64,000 nt of DNA, from positions 224,001 to 288,000 of the forward strand of contig CBDCRW010000003.1 of assembly GCA_965221125.1 (NCBI GenBank). The letters run 5' to 3'. This DNA is from Alphaproteobacteria bacterium. GTDB taxonomy: Bacteria > Pseudomonadota > Alphaproteobacteria > UBA828. The position numbers and the translations under genes were made by a program. Each line of letters begins with the position of its first letter. Within the stretch, counting starts at the first letter, position 1. Shown piece by piece: positions 10,168 through 18,965 of this stretch. Below the pieces are notes generated by a model that was not told the origin of the DNA, did not search any database, and was given only the letters and a program-made list of their open reading frames with translations.

Positions 10168-11769
10168 TCAGCCGTAGCCACCGCCCCCGTGATCGCCGAG
10201 CCCGCGCTTGACGTTGGCCCAGTTGCCTCGCTTGCGGCGATAGGCGCGGGCGGTGAAGGCCCAGCAGTCGGGGTCCGCCGTCACGTCGCCGTCGATGGCC
10301 TGGGTGGCGGCGCTGTGAGGGGCCGCCTTCACGTGCTCCGGATCGCTCCGCGCCTCGTCCGCGATCCGCCGCAGCGCGCCCAAAACGTGGTCCATCTCCT
10401 CGATGGTAAGGGACTCGCCCGGCTCCAGCGTGAACGGCTGCGGTACCAGCATCGGCACGTGGCTCTCCATGTAGTGCTGCACGCCGAAGTCCACCATGCG
10501 GTTCATCACGTCGTGGCTGGCGACGCCGGTCTCCTCGTAGAGCGGCTCCCAGCTGTAGCGGACCTGCTCCAGCTTCGGGTACGTGTTCGCAGGCCAGGGG
10601 ATGGACGTGCCCGCGATCTGGCGGATGTGGTGCAGCATGTAGTTGTTGTTGAGCACGGCGGTCTCGGCGACGGCGCGCAGCCCCTCGGCGCCGAGGCTGC
10701 GGACCCAGGCATAGGCCTTGAGCACCGCGTGCACGTTGCCGATGAAGGCGCGGATCTTCTCGATCCCGTCCCCCGGATCGTAATCGAGGCCGTAGCGCTC
10801 CCCGTCGAAGGTCACCAAAGGTCGCGGCAGGAAGCGCTCCAGGTGCGCCTTCACACCGACCGCCGCGCAGCCGAGCCCGATGGCCCCGTGCGGCGCGGAG
10901 AAGGTCTTGTGCAGGTTGAACTGGCACATGTCGAAGCCGGTGTCGCCGGCGCGGACGATGCCGAGCAGCGGGTTGCCGTTGGCCTGGTCGTAGGCGCAGA
11001 GCCCGCCGGCCTCGTGCACGATGTCCACGAATTCGCGGATGTTCGGGTTGTACTGCCCGGTGTCCTCGGGGTTCGTCAGCATCAGGCCGGCGGTGCGCTC
11101 GGAGACCGCGGCCTTGAGCGCATCGACCTCCGCGAACCCCATCTCGCCCGGCATGAGCGTGATGACCTTGAAGCCCGCCACCGCCGGCGTCGCCGCGTCG
11201 GCCGGGTGCGAGAACGCGGTGGTGATGATCTCGTCGCGCTTGCCGCCGTCGCCGCGCGATTCGTGCCAGGCGCGGATGAGGCAGGCGTTGGTGTAGATGC
11301 CCTGCGCCCCGCTCGCCGGCTGGAAGGTGAAGGCGTCCATGCCCGCGATCGCACACATCATGCGGTTGAAGCGGTAGAGGATCTCCAGCGTGCCCTGCAG
11401 CGTCTCCGGGTCCTGCAGGGGGTGGACGTCGGCGAAGCCCGGCATGCGGGCCACGTACTCGTGCACCTTCGGGCTGTATTTCATGGTGCAGGTGCCCATC
11501 ATGTCGGCGGTCACGTCGAAGCCCATGGACATCTGCGAGAGCCGCAGGAAATGCCGCAGCACCCGGTGCTGGGGAAGCTGCGGCAGCGCGGGCGGCGTGG
11601 CGCGGCCGACGCCCTCCGGCAGGGCCGCGGCGACGTCGCCCACGGCATCGGCGATGGCGTCGTCGACCTGCGGCGGCAGCAGGCCGCGCCCGGCCTCTCC
11701 GCCGATCTCGTCGATGAGCGGCTCGTCCCAGCGTGCGGCGTGGAAGCCGCTTCCCGTGCGCTCGCTCAT
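10168..11769 (-). CDS. gcvPB: Glycine dehydrogenase subunit 2 (GcvPB)-like PLP protein, divergent
   Basis: GTCTMKYSP, QPASGAQG, LTNPEDTG, NLHKTFSAPHG (PLP lysine) and LNNNY motifs. Confidence 0.82.
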   Translation of the reverse strand: MSERTGSGFHAARWDEPLIDEIGGEAGRGLLPPQVDDAIADAVGDVAAALPEGVGRATPPALPQLPQHRVLRHFLRLSQMSMGFDVTADMMGTCTMKYSPKVHEYVARMPGFADVHPLQDPETLQGTLEILYRFNRMMCAIAGMDAFTFQPASGAQGIYTNACLIRAWHESRGDGGKRDEIITTAFSHPADAATPAVAGFKVITLMPGEMGFAEVDALKAAVSERTAGLMLTNPEDTGQYNPNIREFVDIVHEAGGLCAYDQANGNPLLGIVRAGDTGFDMCQFNLHKTFSAPHGAIGLGCAAVGVKAHLERFLPRPLVTFDGERYGLDYDPGDGIEKIRAFIGNVHAVLKAYAWVRSLGAEGLRAVAETAVLNNNYMLHHIRQIAGTSIPWPANTYPKLEQVRYSWEPLYEETGVASHDVMNRMVDFGVQHYMESHVPMLVPQPFTLEPGESLTIEEMDHVLGALRRIADEARSDPEHVKAAPHSAATQAIDGDVTADPDCWAFTARAYRRKRGNWANVKRGLGDHGGGGYG

Positions 11770-13166
11770 GCGCTCGCCTCCCCGAGCGCGGAGACCAGTC
11801 TCTCGATGTGGGCCGCCCCGTGCATCTCGGTCACGCAGTAGAGGGCGGATTGGCCGAGCGCCGGGAACTCGCCGCTCAGGTCCTTGCCGCCGTGAATCTC
11901 GGCCTCGAGCAGGGCCGCGTTGATGGCCGCGACCGTCTTGCCCGTGCCCGAGAAGTCCACGACGAACTCCTTAAAGAAAGGCTGCTCCAGGCGCGGCACC
12001 GAGACGCCGGGCAACGAAGCGATCCGCTCCGCCGCGAAGCAGGCGCGCTGCATGATGCCCCGGCCGAGCTCGGCCATGCCGTCCGGCCCCATGAGAGAGA
12101 GGTAGACCGCAGCCCCGATGCCCCAGATCCACTGGGTCGTGCCGGTGTAGTCGGTGGCGTCGTGGCGCGTGTCGTAGGAGGTGCGCTCCATGGTCGACCA
12201 GCCGAAGCCGAAGCCCGCGCTGTTTCCCCCGCCTGCCGGGGCGATGCTGAAGAGGATGGAGGGGTATTCGGCGACGAAGCGCGCCTCGTCCCGGCTCGCG
12301 ATGAAGCCGCCGTTGCCGCCGCCTGCGTACATGTGGATGCCGAGCGGCTGCAGGTCGCCGACGACGAGGTCGGCGCCGTAGTCGGCAGGCGCCGCCAACA
12401 CGCCGAGCGAGATCGGGTCGACGCCCGCGATCAGCAGGGCGCCGGCCTCGTGGGCGATGTCGGCGATGGCCCGCGCCTCGGTCTCGATCAGGCCGAGGTA
12501 GCCGGGGCTCTCGATCACCACGGCGGCGGTCTCGCCAGAAACCTTGGCCCGGAGGTCGGCGAGGTCCGTGCGCCCCGTCGCGGGATCGCCGGCGACGGTC
12601 TCTATCGCAGCAAACGGCTTGGTGAAGCCTTGCAGCTGCGAGCGCTTGTCCGCGCTCATGGTCTCCGGCACCAGCACGCCGCGCCGCCCGGTGATGCGGC
12701 AGGCCATTGTCGCGGCGCTGCCGGTCGCGGCGCCGGAGTCGTAGGTCGGCGTCGAGACCACCTCCATCCCCACCAGCTCGCCCATCAGGCTCTGGAACTC
12801 GAAGAGCGCCTGGTTCTTGCCGTGGTCGGAATAGGTGCCGCCGCCGTAGGCCGTGAGCAGCTCGCCGCGATGGACGATCTCGTCCACGATCGCCGGCACG
12901 TAGTGCTGCGCGCAGCCGGCGCCGCAGAAGTTGAGCCAGGTTCCGGTGCAGGGCCGGTTGCGGGCGACGATCTCCTCGAGGTGCCGGCGCAGGTCCTGCT
13001 CGCCGGGGAGCGCGGGCGGCAGGTCGAGCAGGCCGCTCACCCGGAGCGCCTCCGGGATCGCGGCGTAGAGGTCCTCCACGTCGCCCGCGCCGATCGCCTC
13101 CAGCAGCTTCCGCCGCGCCGCCGGCGCCGCGTTCGGCACGTAAGGATGAATGAATCCGTCGTCCAT
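11766..13166 (-). CDS. gcvPA: Glycine dehydrogenase subunit 1 (GcvPA)-like protein, divergent
   Basis: HPYVPN, FCGAG, ALFEFQS, GADLVVGDLQPLG, FFKEF and CVTE motifs; the canonical TPYQPE segment is replaced. Confidence 0.82.
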   Translation of the reverse strand: MDDGFIHPYVPNAAPAARRKLLEAIGAGDVEDLYAAIPEALRVSGLLDLPPALPGEQDLRRHLEEIVARNRPCTGTWLNFCGAGCAQHYVPAIVDEIVHRGELLTAYGGGTYSDHGKNQALFEFQSLMGELVGMEVVSTPTYDSGAATGSAATMACRITGRRGVLVPETMSADKRSQLQGFTKPFAAIETVAGDPATGRTDLADLRAKVSGETAAVVIESPGYLGLIETEARAIADIAHEAGALLIAGVDPISLGVLAAPADYGADLVVGDLQPLGIHMYAGGGNGGFIASRDEARFVAEYPSILFSIAPAGGGNSAGFGFGWSTMERTSYDTRHDATDYTGTTQWIWGIGAAVYLSLMGPDGMAELGRGIMQRACFAAERIASLPGVSVPRLEQPFFKEFVVDFSGTGKTVAAINAALLEAEIHGGKDLSGEFPALGQSALYCVTEMHGAAHIERLVSALGEASA

Positions 13167-13227
13167 GCGTGGCCTCCCCTGCCAATCGCGGCCAGTCTAT
13201 CCCGCCGTCCGGGGCGCTCCAACGCCG

Positions 13228-13404
13228 CCCCCGCCCCGGAGGGCGGAGGGGGGACGCTAGCCGCACCAGCCTTTTCTCCCTCTCCGCCCCTGGGGGCGGA
13301 GAGGGACGGCGTGAGGTGGGGGATTCTTTTCGGCCGTTCGGCAAGCAAAAAATCATAAGGAACGGCAACCGCGAACGATTCCATCCTGCCGGACAGCGCT
13401 CTAG
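13228..13404 (+). repeat. Partial copy of the CTAG-bounded palindromic MITE-like repeat
   Basis: Shares ccctctccgcccctgggggcggagaggg...gaggtggggg and accgcgaacgattccatcc with the 20109 copy; ends in cgctctag; left end missing. Confidence 0.8.
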
Positions 13405-13477
13405 CAGGCCGCCGATCCACTCCTGACACTGATGGGATTGGCGTAATTCGCCGGATGGGCGGCGACAGCGCGGTCCG

Positions 13478-14233
13478 TCAGCTTTCTTCGAGCCAGACCA
13501 TGTCCCCGCCCATGATGCGGCCTTTGCCGCGATTCTCCTGGACGAGGATCGCGCACCCGTCGCCCATGCCGTTGGCGCCCTTCGACAGCTCGTCGGGCCC
13601 AAGCTCGAGCGTCATGGCGCCGCCGGTCCACCTCCCGATGGGGCGGAAATCGCGCACCACGTTGAAATTGACCAGCGTGCGCCCTCTGTTCTCGCCGGCA
13701 TCGACCGTCGTCTCGTGCTGCCGGTCGACCGACACGAGCCAGACCGTGGCCTCCCCGTAGTAGCCCTCGGAGCGGCCGATCTCGACCGTGAGGCTCCCCC
13801 GCGCGCTCGCCGTGATCGATACCGGCGCCCGCCTCGCCTTCACCGACTTCGACACGTCGATGGCGTCGTTGACCGCTCCCCTGTTGGATCCCACCACATG
13901 GCGCGCCCCGTCGACCACGAGCTGTGGCGTGTAGACATAGGCAACGCCGAGGTGCCGCGCGTATGCCCGTTGCCGCTTCGTCGTCTCCGCCGTCGCAAAG
14001 CGGTCCTCCCAGCCGATGTAGTCCCAGTAGTCGACGTGGAAGGAGAGCGCGACCACATCGTCGCGGCTCTCCGCCAGCTCGCCCAGCAGTGAATCGGCAG
14101 AGGGACACGACGAGCAGCCCTGGGACGTGAACAGCTCCAGGACGACCTTCGGGCTATCGGCCCGCGCCGAGAGCGGAAGCGCCACGAGGGCCGCGGCGAG
14201 AAAAAGCGTGCAGAGGTTCGTTCTCCTGATCAT
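13478..14233 (-). CDS. Secreted DUF1223 thioredoxin-like protein
   Basis: Signal peptide, VLELFTSQGCSSCP, FHVDYWDYIGW and VYTPQ motifs. Confidence 0.9.
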   Translation of the reverse strand: MIRRTNLCTLFLAAALVALPLSARADSPKVVLELFTSQGCSSCPSADSLLGELAESRDDVVALSFHVDYWDYIGWEDRFATAETTKRQRAYARHLGVAYVYTPQLVVDGARHVVGSNRGAVNDAIDVSKSVKARRAPVSITASARGSLTVEIGRSEGYYGEATVWLVSVDRQHETTVDAGENRGRTLVNFNVVRDFRPIGRWTGGAMTLELGPDELSKGANGMGDGCAILVQENRGKGRIMGGDMVWLEES

Positions 14234-14308
14234 GGCCAAACCCTAGCACGCCGGAACCCGGCCGATTCGCAACACGCATCACATTTGGGTGAAGCCGCCG
14301 GGCGCCCT

Positions 14309-15364
14309 TCAGACGGCCTGCTCTTCCGCCTCGGGCGGGTACAGCCATGCCTTGGGGCGGCCCTCGGACTTGCCGGCTTCCACCGCTTCCAGCCCCGGCG
14401 CGCGCTGCTTGGTCAGCTTCATGGTGATGTGATCGCCCGAGGTCGTGCGGCCGTAGCGCGCGGGGTTGTCGGCGCTGACGCAGCTCGGCAGGCACTCGAT
14501 CACCGCGTCGTAGTTGGGCTGATGGAAGAAGATCAGCGACAGCCGGTCGAGGTGCGCCTTGTCGCGGGGTGGATTGGCGATGCGGTGCATGGTCGAGCGC
14601 CAGCGGTCGTTGGTCCACTCGGCCATGAGATCGCCAAGATTGACCGAGAATGAGTCCGGGAACCAGGGGACGTCCTCCCACGCGCCGTCCTCGGTCTGGA
14701 TCTGCAGCCCGCCCACGGCGGTGTCGCAGTGCACCAGCGTCAGGCTGCCGTAATCGGTATGCGCGCCGCCGCGAAGCTGCTCCGGCTCGGGCGCATCGGG
14801 CTGCGAGGGGTAGTAGATGGCGCTGAAATTGGTGATGTGCTCGTCGATCTTGGGCGCGAAGAAGTCCTCGGGCATGTCGAGCGCCACGGCGAAGATCCGC
14901 ATCACGTCGGCGGAGAGCCGGGTCATCTCGCGGTAGTAGGCTTCCCAGACCCTCGGCATGTCGCTGGGCCGGTCAGGCCAGATATTGGGGGCGAAGTAGC
15001 GCGCGCCGGCCGCGCCGTAGTGGTATTCGTCGTAAGCCGAATCCACCGGCCCCATGCTATACGCCTCCTTCAGGTCCGGCGGACGCTCCTCGTCGAGGCT
15101 GTAGGCTAGGCTCTCCGTCCCCGGCGGCGTGAAGCCCCGGTAGCGGTCGGCCGGCATCCTGTGCTTCATCTTTTCCCAGTGCGGCAGCGAAAAGTAGGCC
15201 CGGGAGACGGCGTGCATCTCCCTGACGAGCGCATCGGGAACGCCGTGGCCCGCGATCACCAGCCAGCCGAACGCGCGGCACGCGTCATCGAGAGCCGCAG
15301 CGGTTCGCTTCTTGTCGGCCGCCCCGCCCCGGAGAAACGGTTCGATATCGATCAGCGGAACCAT
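14309..15364 (-). CDS. 2-oxoglutarate/Fe(II) oxygenase, isopenicillin N synthase-like
   Basis: VPLIDI, DLKEAY, HTDYG (HxD), STMHRI and RLS motifs. Confidence 0.92.
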   Translation of the reverse strand: MVPLIDIEPFLRGGAADKKRTAAALDDACRAFGWLVIAGHGVPDALVREMHAVSRAYFSLPHWEKMKHRMPADRYRGFTPPGTESLAYSLDEERPPDLKEAYSMGPVDSAYDEYHYGAAGARYFAPNIWPDRPSDMPRVWEAYYREMTRLSADVMRIFAVALDMPEDFFAPKIDEHITNFSAIYYPSQPDAPEPEQLRGGAHTDYGSLTLVHCDTAVGGLQIQTEDGAWEDVPWFPDSFSVNLGDLMAEWTNDRWRSTMHRIANPPRDKAHLDRLSLIFFHQPNYDAVIECLPSCVSADNPARYGRTTSGDHITMKLTKQRAPGLEAVEAGKSEGRPKAWLYPPEAEEQAV

Positions 15365-15448
15365 TGGTCACTCTCTATCTTCGTTGCGGCGCGATCACTA
15401 CGCCGGCGCCGCAGGCCGCGCACCCGCCACAGGCAGACGCACTGCCGC

Positions 15449-16339
15449 TCAGTTGCGTGTGCCCAGAATCTCGCGCGCTTCCGCCGGCGTCGCCGGTTCC
15501 GCGCCCAGCATGCGGACCAGGGTCACCGCCTGCTCCACCAGCGCCGCGTTGGAGGGCGCGAGAACGCCGCGCTCGAGATAGATATTGTCCTCCAGCCCGG
15601 TGCGGACGTGGCCGCCGCTCAGGACGGAGAGGCCGGCGATGGGGAGCTGGTCGCGCGAGATGCCGAAGGCGGCCCAGTGCGCGCCTTCCGGCAGCAGGCT
15701 CTTCATGTAGGAGAGCGCCTCGGGCGTCGCCGGCGCGCCCCATTCGATGCCGAGGCAGAGCTGGAAGAAGCCCGGCGCCTCGACGTGGCCCTTCTCGATC
15801 AGGTTCGCGGCGAGGCGCACGTGGCCCACGTCGAAGACCTCGAGCTCGGGCACGACGCCCCATTCGCGCATGGCATCGGCCATGTAGCGGAGCTGGGGCG
15901 GCGAGTTGATCATGACGCTGTCGTCGCGGACGCCGCCCGAGTTCATGGTCGCCACGTCGAGGCTGCAGACCTCGGGCCGCAGCTCACCGACATGGGCGAT
16001 CCGGCGCGCCGGCGCGGTGAAGGTGGTGCCGGGGCCGTAGTCGAAGGGGTCGTCCACGCCGGGGCTGAGGCGGGCGCCGTAGCCCGTGGTGAGGTTGAGC
16101 ACGACGTCGGTCTCGCTCTGGCGGATGCGGCCGGCGGTCTCGCGGTAGTGGTCGAGCTCCATGCTGGCCTTGCCGGTCTCGGGATCGCGCACGTGAACGT
16201 GGACGATCGCAGCGCCCGCGCGTGCGGCGTCGAGCGCCGAGCCCGCGATTTCGGCCGGCGACACCGGCACCGCCGGGTTCCTGGCCACCGTGTCCGCCGA
16301 GCCCGTCACCGCACACGTGATGATCACCTTGCGCGCCAT
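15449..16339 (-). CDS. Beta-keto acid cleavage enzyme (DUF849/Kce family)
   Basis: IITCAVTG, AGAAIVHVHVRDP, PELEVFD and HVRTGLEDN motifs. Confidence 0.92.
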   Translation of the reverse strand: MARKVIITCAVTGSADTVARNPAVPVSPAEIAGSALDAARAGAAIVHVHVRDPETGKASMELDHYRETAGRIRQSETDVVLNLTTGYGARLSPGVDDPFDYGPGTTFTAPARRIAHVGELRPEVCSLDVATMNSGGVRDDSVMINSPPQLRYMADAMREWGVVPELEVFDVGHVRLAANLIEKGHVEAPGFFQLCLGIEWGAPATPEALSYMKSLLPEGAHWAAFGISRDQLPIAGLSVLSGGHVRTGLEDNIYLERGVLAPSNAALVEQAVTLVRMLGAEPATPAEAREILGTRN

Positions 16340-16372
16340 GTCTCCCCTCTCTCGTGCCGCACCGGCAGGGCG

Positions 16373-16612
16373 CTATGCCCCTCGGGCCATGATGTTTAGG
16401 AGCGCCGCGTTGTCCGTCAGGTCCACGCCGGGCTGCACGCCTCTTCCACGAAACGTTGGAATTGGGGGTGCGTCGGTCGTGGCGCCTGAAGAGCCAGCCA
16501 CATACTCGCGAAGCGCCTGCTCGAACGTGTCCTTCAGGGTTCTGTGCTCCTTCGCAGCGCGAACCTTGACAGCCTTCAACAGCGCATCGTCGATATCGAC
16601 GGTCGTTCTCAT
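16373..16612 (-). CDS. VapB-like ribbon-helix-helix antitoxin, no adjacent toxin
   Basis: MRTTVDIDDALL N-terminus and PTFRGRGVQPGVDL..NAALL C-terminus typical of VapB-type antitoxins. Confidence 0.75.
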   Translation of the reverse strand: MRTTVDIDDALLKAVKVRAAKEHRTLKDTFEQALREYVAGSSGATTDAPPIPTFRGRGVQPGVDLTDNAALLNIMARGA

Positions 16613-16616
16613 GCGC

Positions 16617-16638
16617 GCATATGTATCACCGAATATGC
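16617..16638. promoter_or_regulatory. Possible autoregulatory operator GCATAT-N10-ATATGC
   Basis: Inverted repeat 4 nt upstream of the antitoxin ATG. Confidence 0.4.
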
Positions 16639-16821
16639 TTCCACACAGTCTTGTCGGGGAAGAAGCTCATTAGAGGCGCGACCGTTGCCGCATCACGTTG
16701 CAAGCCGAGGCACGGCGCGACCTGCCATCTGTTCAGTTGCCGGGAGGGAACGCGCCCCATAGTGTACGGCCCTGGAGGCGGCCGCCCCGTGCGGGCGGCG
16801 GGCGAGAGACGGCAGGCGGAC

Positions 16822-17976
16822 ATGAGCGAGGTGCAGCCGGTCGAGCATGAGGCGGGCAATCGGGACGCGGCGCTGGCCGCGCTCTACGACGATGTCCACA
16901 ACGGCCACATGTTCCCCTTCTGGGCGACCACCACCGACGTCGCGCACGACGAGATCAGGCAGCTCATGGGGAGCCGCGGCGCCGTCCCCCATCTCTGGCG
17001 CTACGAGAGCGAGATCGGGCCCCTGCTCCGCCGCTCGGCCGAGCTGGTCTCCATGGCGGATTCCGAGCGCCGCTCGCTGATTCTGGTCAACCCCGGCCTC
17101 GCGCCGACGCGGGCTACCGTCTCCACCATGTACTCGGCCTACCGGCTCAACGACCCCAACGAGGTGATGCCGCCGCATCGCCACTCGCCCAACGCCATCC
17201 GCCTCGGGCTCACGGGCTCCATGAACTTCACCGGCGTCGAGGGCGAGGACATCGTGTTCGGCCCCGGCGACATGGTGCTGACGCCGCAGGACACCTGGCA
17301 CAACCACGGCAACAAGGGCGACGAGCCGGCGGTGAATCTCTCCGTGCTCGACTTGCCGCTGGTCGAAGTGCTCAACGCGATCTATTTCGAGCACGACTAC
17401 AAGGAAGACCGCGACGGCCGCGCGGTCGCCGCCAGGGAGCAATCGGCCCGTTTCAGCGCCGACTACTCGGCCGAGGTCTACGGCTCTGGCGGGCTGATGC
17501 CCTGCTTCGTGCCGCACGGGCGCGGCAGCGGCATCGGATCGCCCATGTACGTCTATCGCTGGGAGCCCATGCGCGCGATGCTGGAGGCGCACCGGGACCG
17601 CGACGGCGACCCCCACGAAGCCCTGATGATCGAGTACGTCGATCCGACCCGGGGCGGCCCGGTGTTCAGGACGATGACCTTCTACGCGCAGATGCTGCGG
17701 CCCGGCGAGAAGACGCAGCCCCTCAAGCAGACCGCGAGCCTGCTGGTCTCGCCGCTCGAAGGACGCGGCCACAGCGTCGTGGGCGAGACCCGCTTCGACT
17801 GGCGGCCCTTCGACACGCTCGCGGTGCCGGGCAGCGCATGGTGCCGCCACGTCAACGATTCGGAGAGCGCGCCGGCCATCCTCTTCGTGGCGAGCGACAA
17901 GCCGGCGCTCGCCGCGCTCGGTCACTTCAAGAAATGGGGCCGCGACGGCACGGGCGATACCGTCCGCCTCGCCTAG
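16822..17976 (+). CDS. Gentisate 1,2-dioxygenase-like bicupin ring-cleavage dioxygenase
   Basis: ERRSLILVNPG, HRHSPNAIR, GDMVLTP..WHNHGN, SVLDLPL and YVDP..GGP motifs; start MSEVQ. Confidence 0.85.
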   Translation: MSEVQPVEHEAGNRDAALAALYDDVHNGHMFPFWATTTDVAHDEIRQLMGSRGAVPHLWRYESEIGPLLRRSAELVSMADSERRSLILVNPGLAPTRATVSTMYSAYRLNDPNEVMPPHRHSPNAIRLGLTGSMNFTGVEGEDIVFGPGDMVLTPQDTWHNHGNKGDEPAVNLSVLDLPLVEVLNAIYFEHDYKEDRDGRAVAAREQSARFSADYSAEVYGSGGLMPCFVPHGRGSGIGSPMYVYRWEPMRAMLEAHRDRDGDPHEALMIEYVDPTRGGPVFRTMTFYAQMLRPGEKTQPLKQTASLLVSPLEGRGHSVVGETRFDWRPFDTLAVPGSAWCRHVNDSESAPAILFVASDKPALAALGHFKKWGRDGTGDTVRLA

Positions 17977-18019
17977 GGCGGGCGAGCCGGCGGCCCCCGC
18001 CTCCACCAAAGGGAGACAT

Positions 18020-18949
18020 ATGGACATGACCACGGCAGCGGTGATCGGCCTGGGCACGATGGGGCCCGGCATGGCGGCAACGCTCGCACGCGGCGGACTC
18101 ACGGTCCGCGCCTTCGACACGGAAGCGGCACAGCTCGAGAAGGCGCCGGGCGCCGCCGCCATGGCGCTCGGCGTGCTGGAGAAGCTCGGGATGCCCGACC
18201 GCGGCGGGGCCGAGTCGATCAGCTATCATGACTCGCTGGCCGACGCCGTCGCGGATTGCGATCTCGTGCTGGAAAGCGTGCCGGAGAAGGTGGACATCAA
18301 GCGGGCGGTGTTCGCGGACCTCGACAAGCTGGTGTCGAAGGAGTGCATCCTCGCCTCCAACACCTCAGGGATTCCGGTGACGACGCTGCAGCAGGGCAAC
18401 TCGGCGCCGGGCCGGGTCGTCGGCATGCACTGGTCCAACCCGCCCTTCGTCATTCCGGTCATCGAGGTCATCGCCGGCGCCGAGACCACGCAGGCCACCT
18501 GCGACCACATGGTGCAAGCGATCAAGGACCTCAACCTGCTGCCCGTGGTGGTGAAGAAGGACGTGCCGGGCTTCGTCGAGAACCGCATCCTCTACGCGAT
18601 CATGCGCGAGGCCTGCGACCTGGTGGAGAACGGCGTGATCGAGCCGGAGGGGCTGGATACCTGCGTCTCCTGGGGCATCGGCTACAAGCTCGCCGTGGTG
18701 GGACCGATGTCGCTGCTCGACATGGCCGGCCTCGACATCTACCAGGCCGTCGGCAGCTACCTGAACGCGGACCTCTGTAACCGTGACAGCGTGAGCAGCT
18801 ACATCACTGAAAGGACGGAGAAAGGCGACCTCGGCATGAAGACCGGGAGCGGAATTTTTTCCTACACGCCGGACGACATCGAAGCGCTGCGGGGCAAGCG
18901 GGCGGGCCAGCTCGTCGCCGTCCGCCGCGCGCTTGAAGGCCGCTCGTAG
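18020..18949 (+). CDS. 3-hydroxyacyl-CoA dehydrogenase family; closely resembles FHMPC 5-dehydrogenase of vitamin B6 degradation
   Basis: GLGTMGPGMAATLARGGL, GMHWSNPP, KKDVPGFVENR, LDTCVSWGIGYK and LLDMAGLDIY match my recollection of Mesorhizobium loti Mlr6793. Confidence 0.75.
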   Translation: MDMTTAAVIGLGTMGPGMAATLARGGLTVRAFDTEAAQLEKAPGAAAMALGVLEKLGMPDRGGAESISYHDSLADAVADCDLVLESVPEKVDIKRAVFADLDKLVSKECILASNTSGIPVTTLQQGNSAPGRVVGMHWSNPPFVIPVIEVIAGAETTQATCDHMVQAIKDLNLLPVVVKKDVPGFVENRILYAIMREACDLVENGVIEPEGLDTCVSWGIGYKLAVVGPMSLLDMAGLDIYQAVGSYLNADLCNRDSVSSYITERTEKGDLGMKTGSGIFSYTPDDIEALRGKRAGQLVAVRRALEGRS

Positions 18950-18965
18950 CGAACGGCGCGACGCC

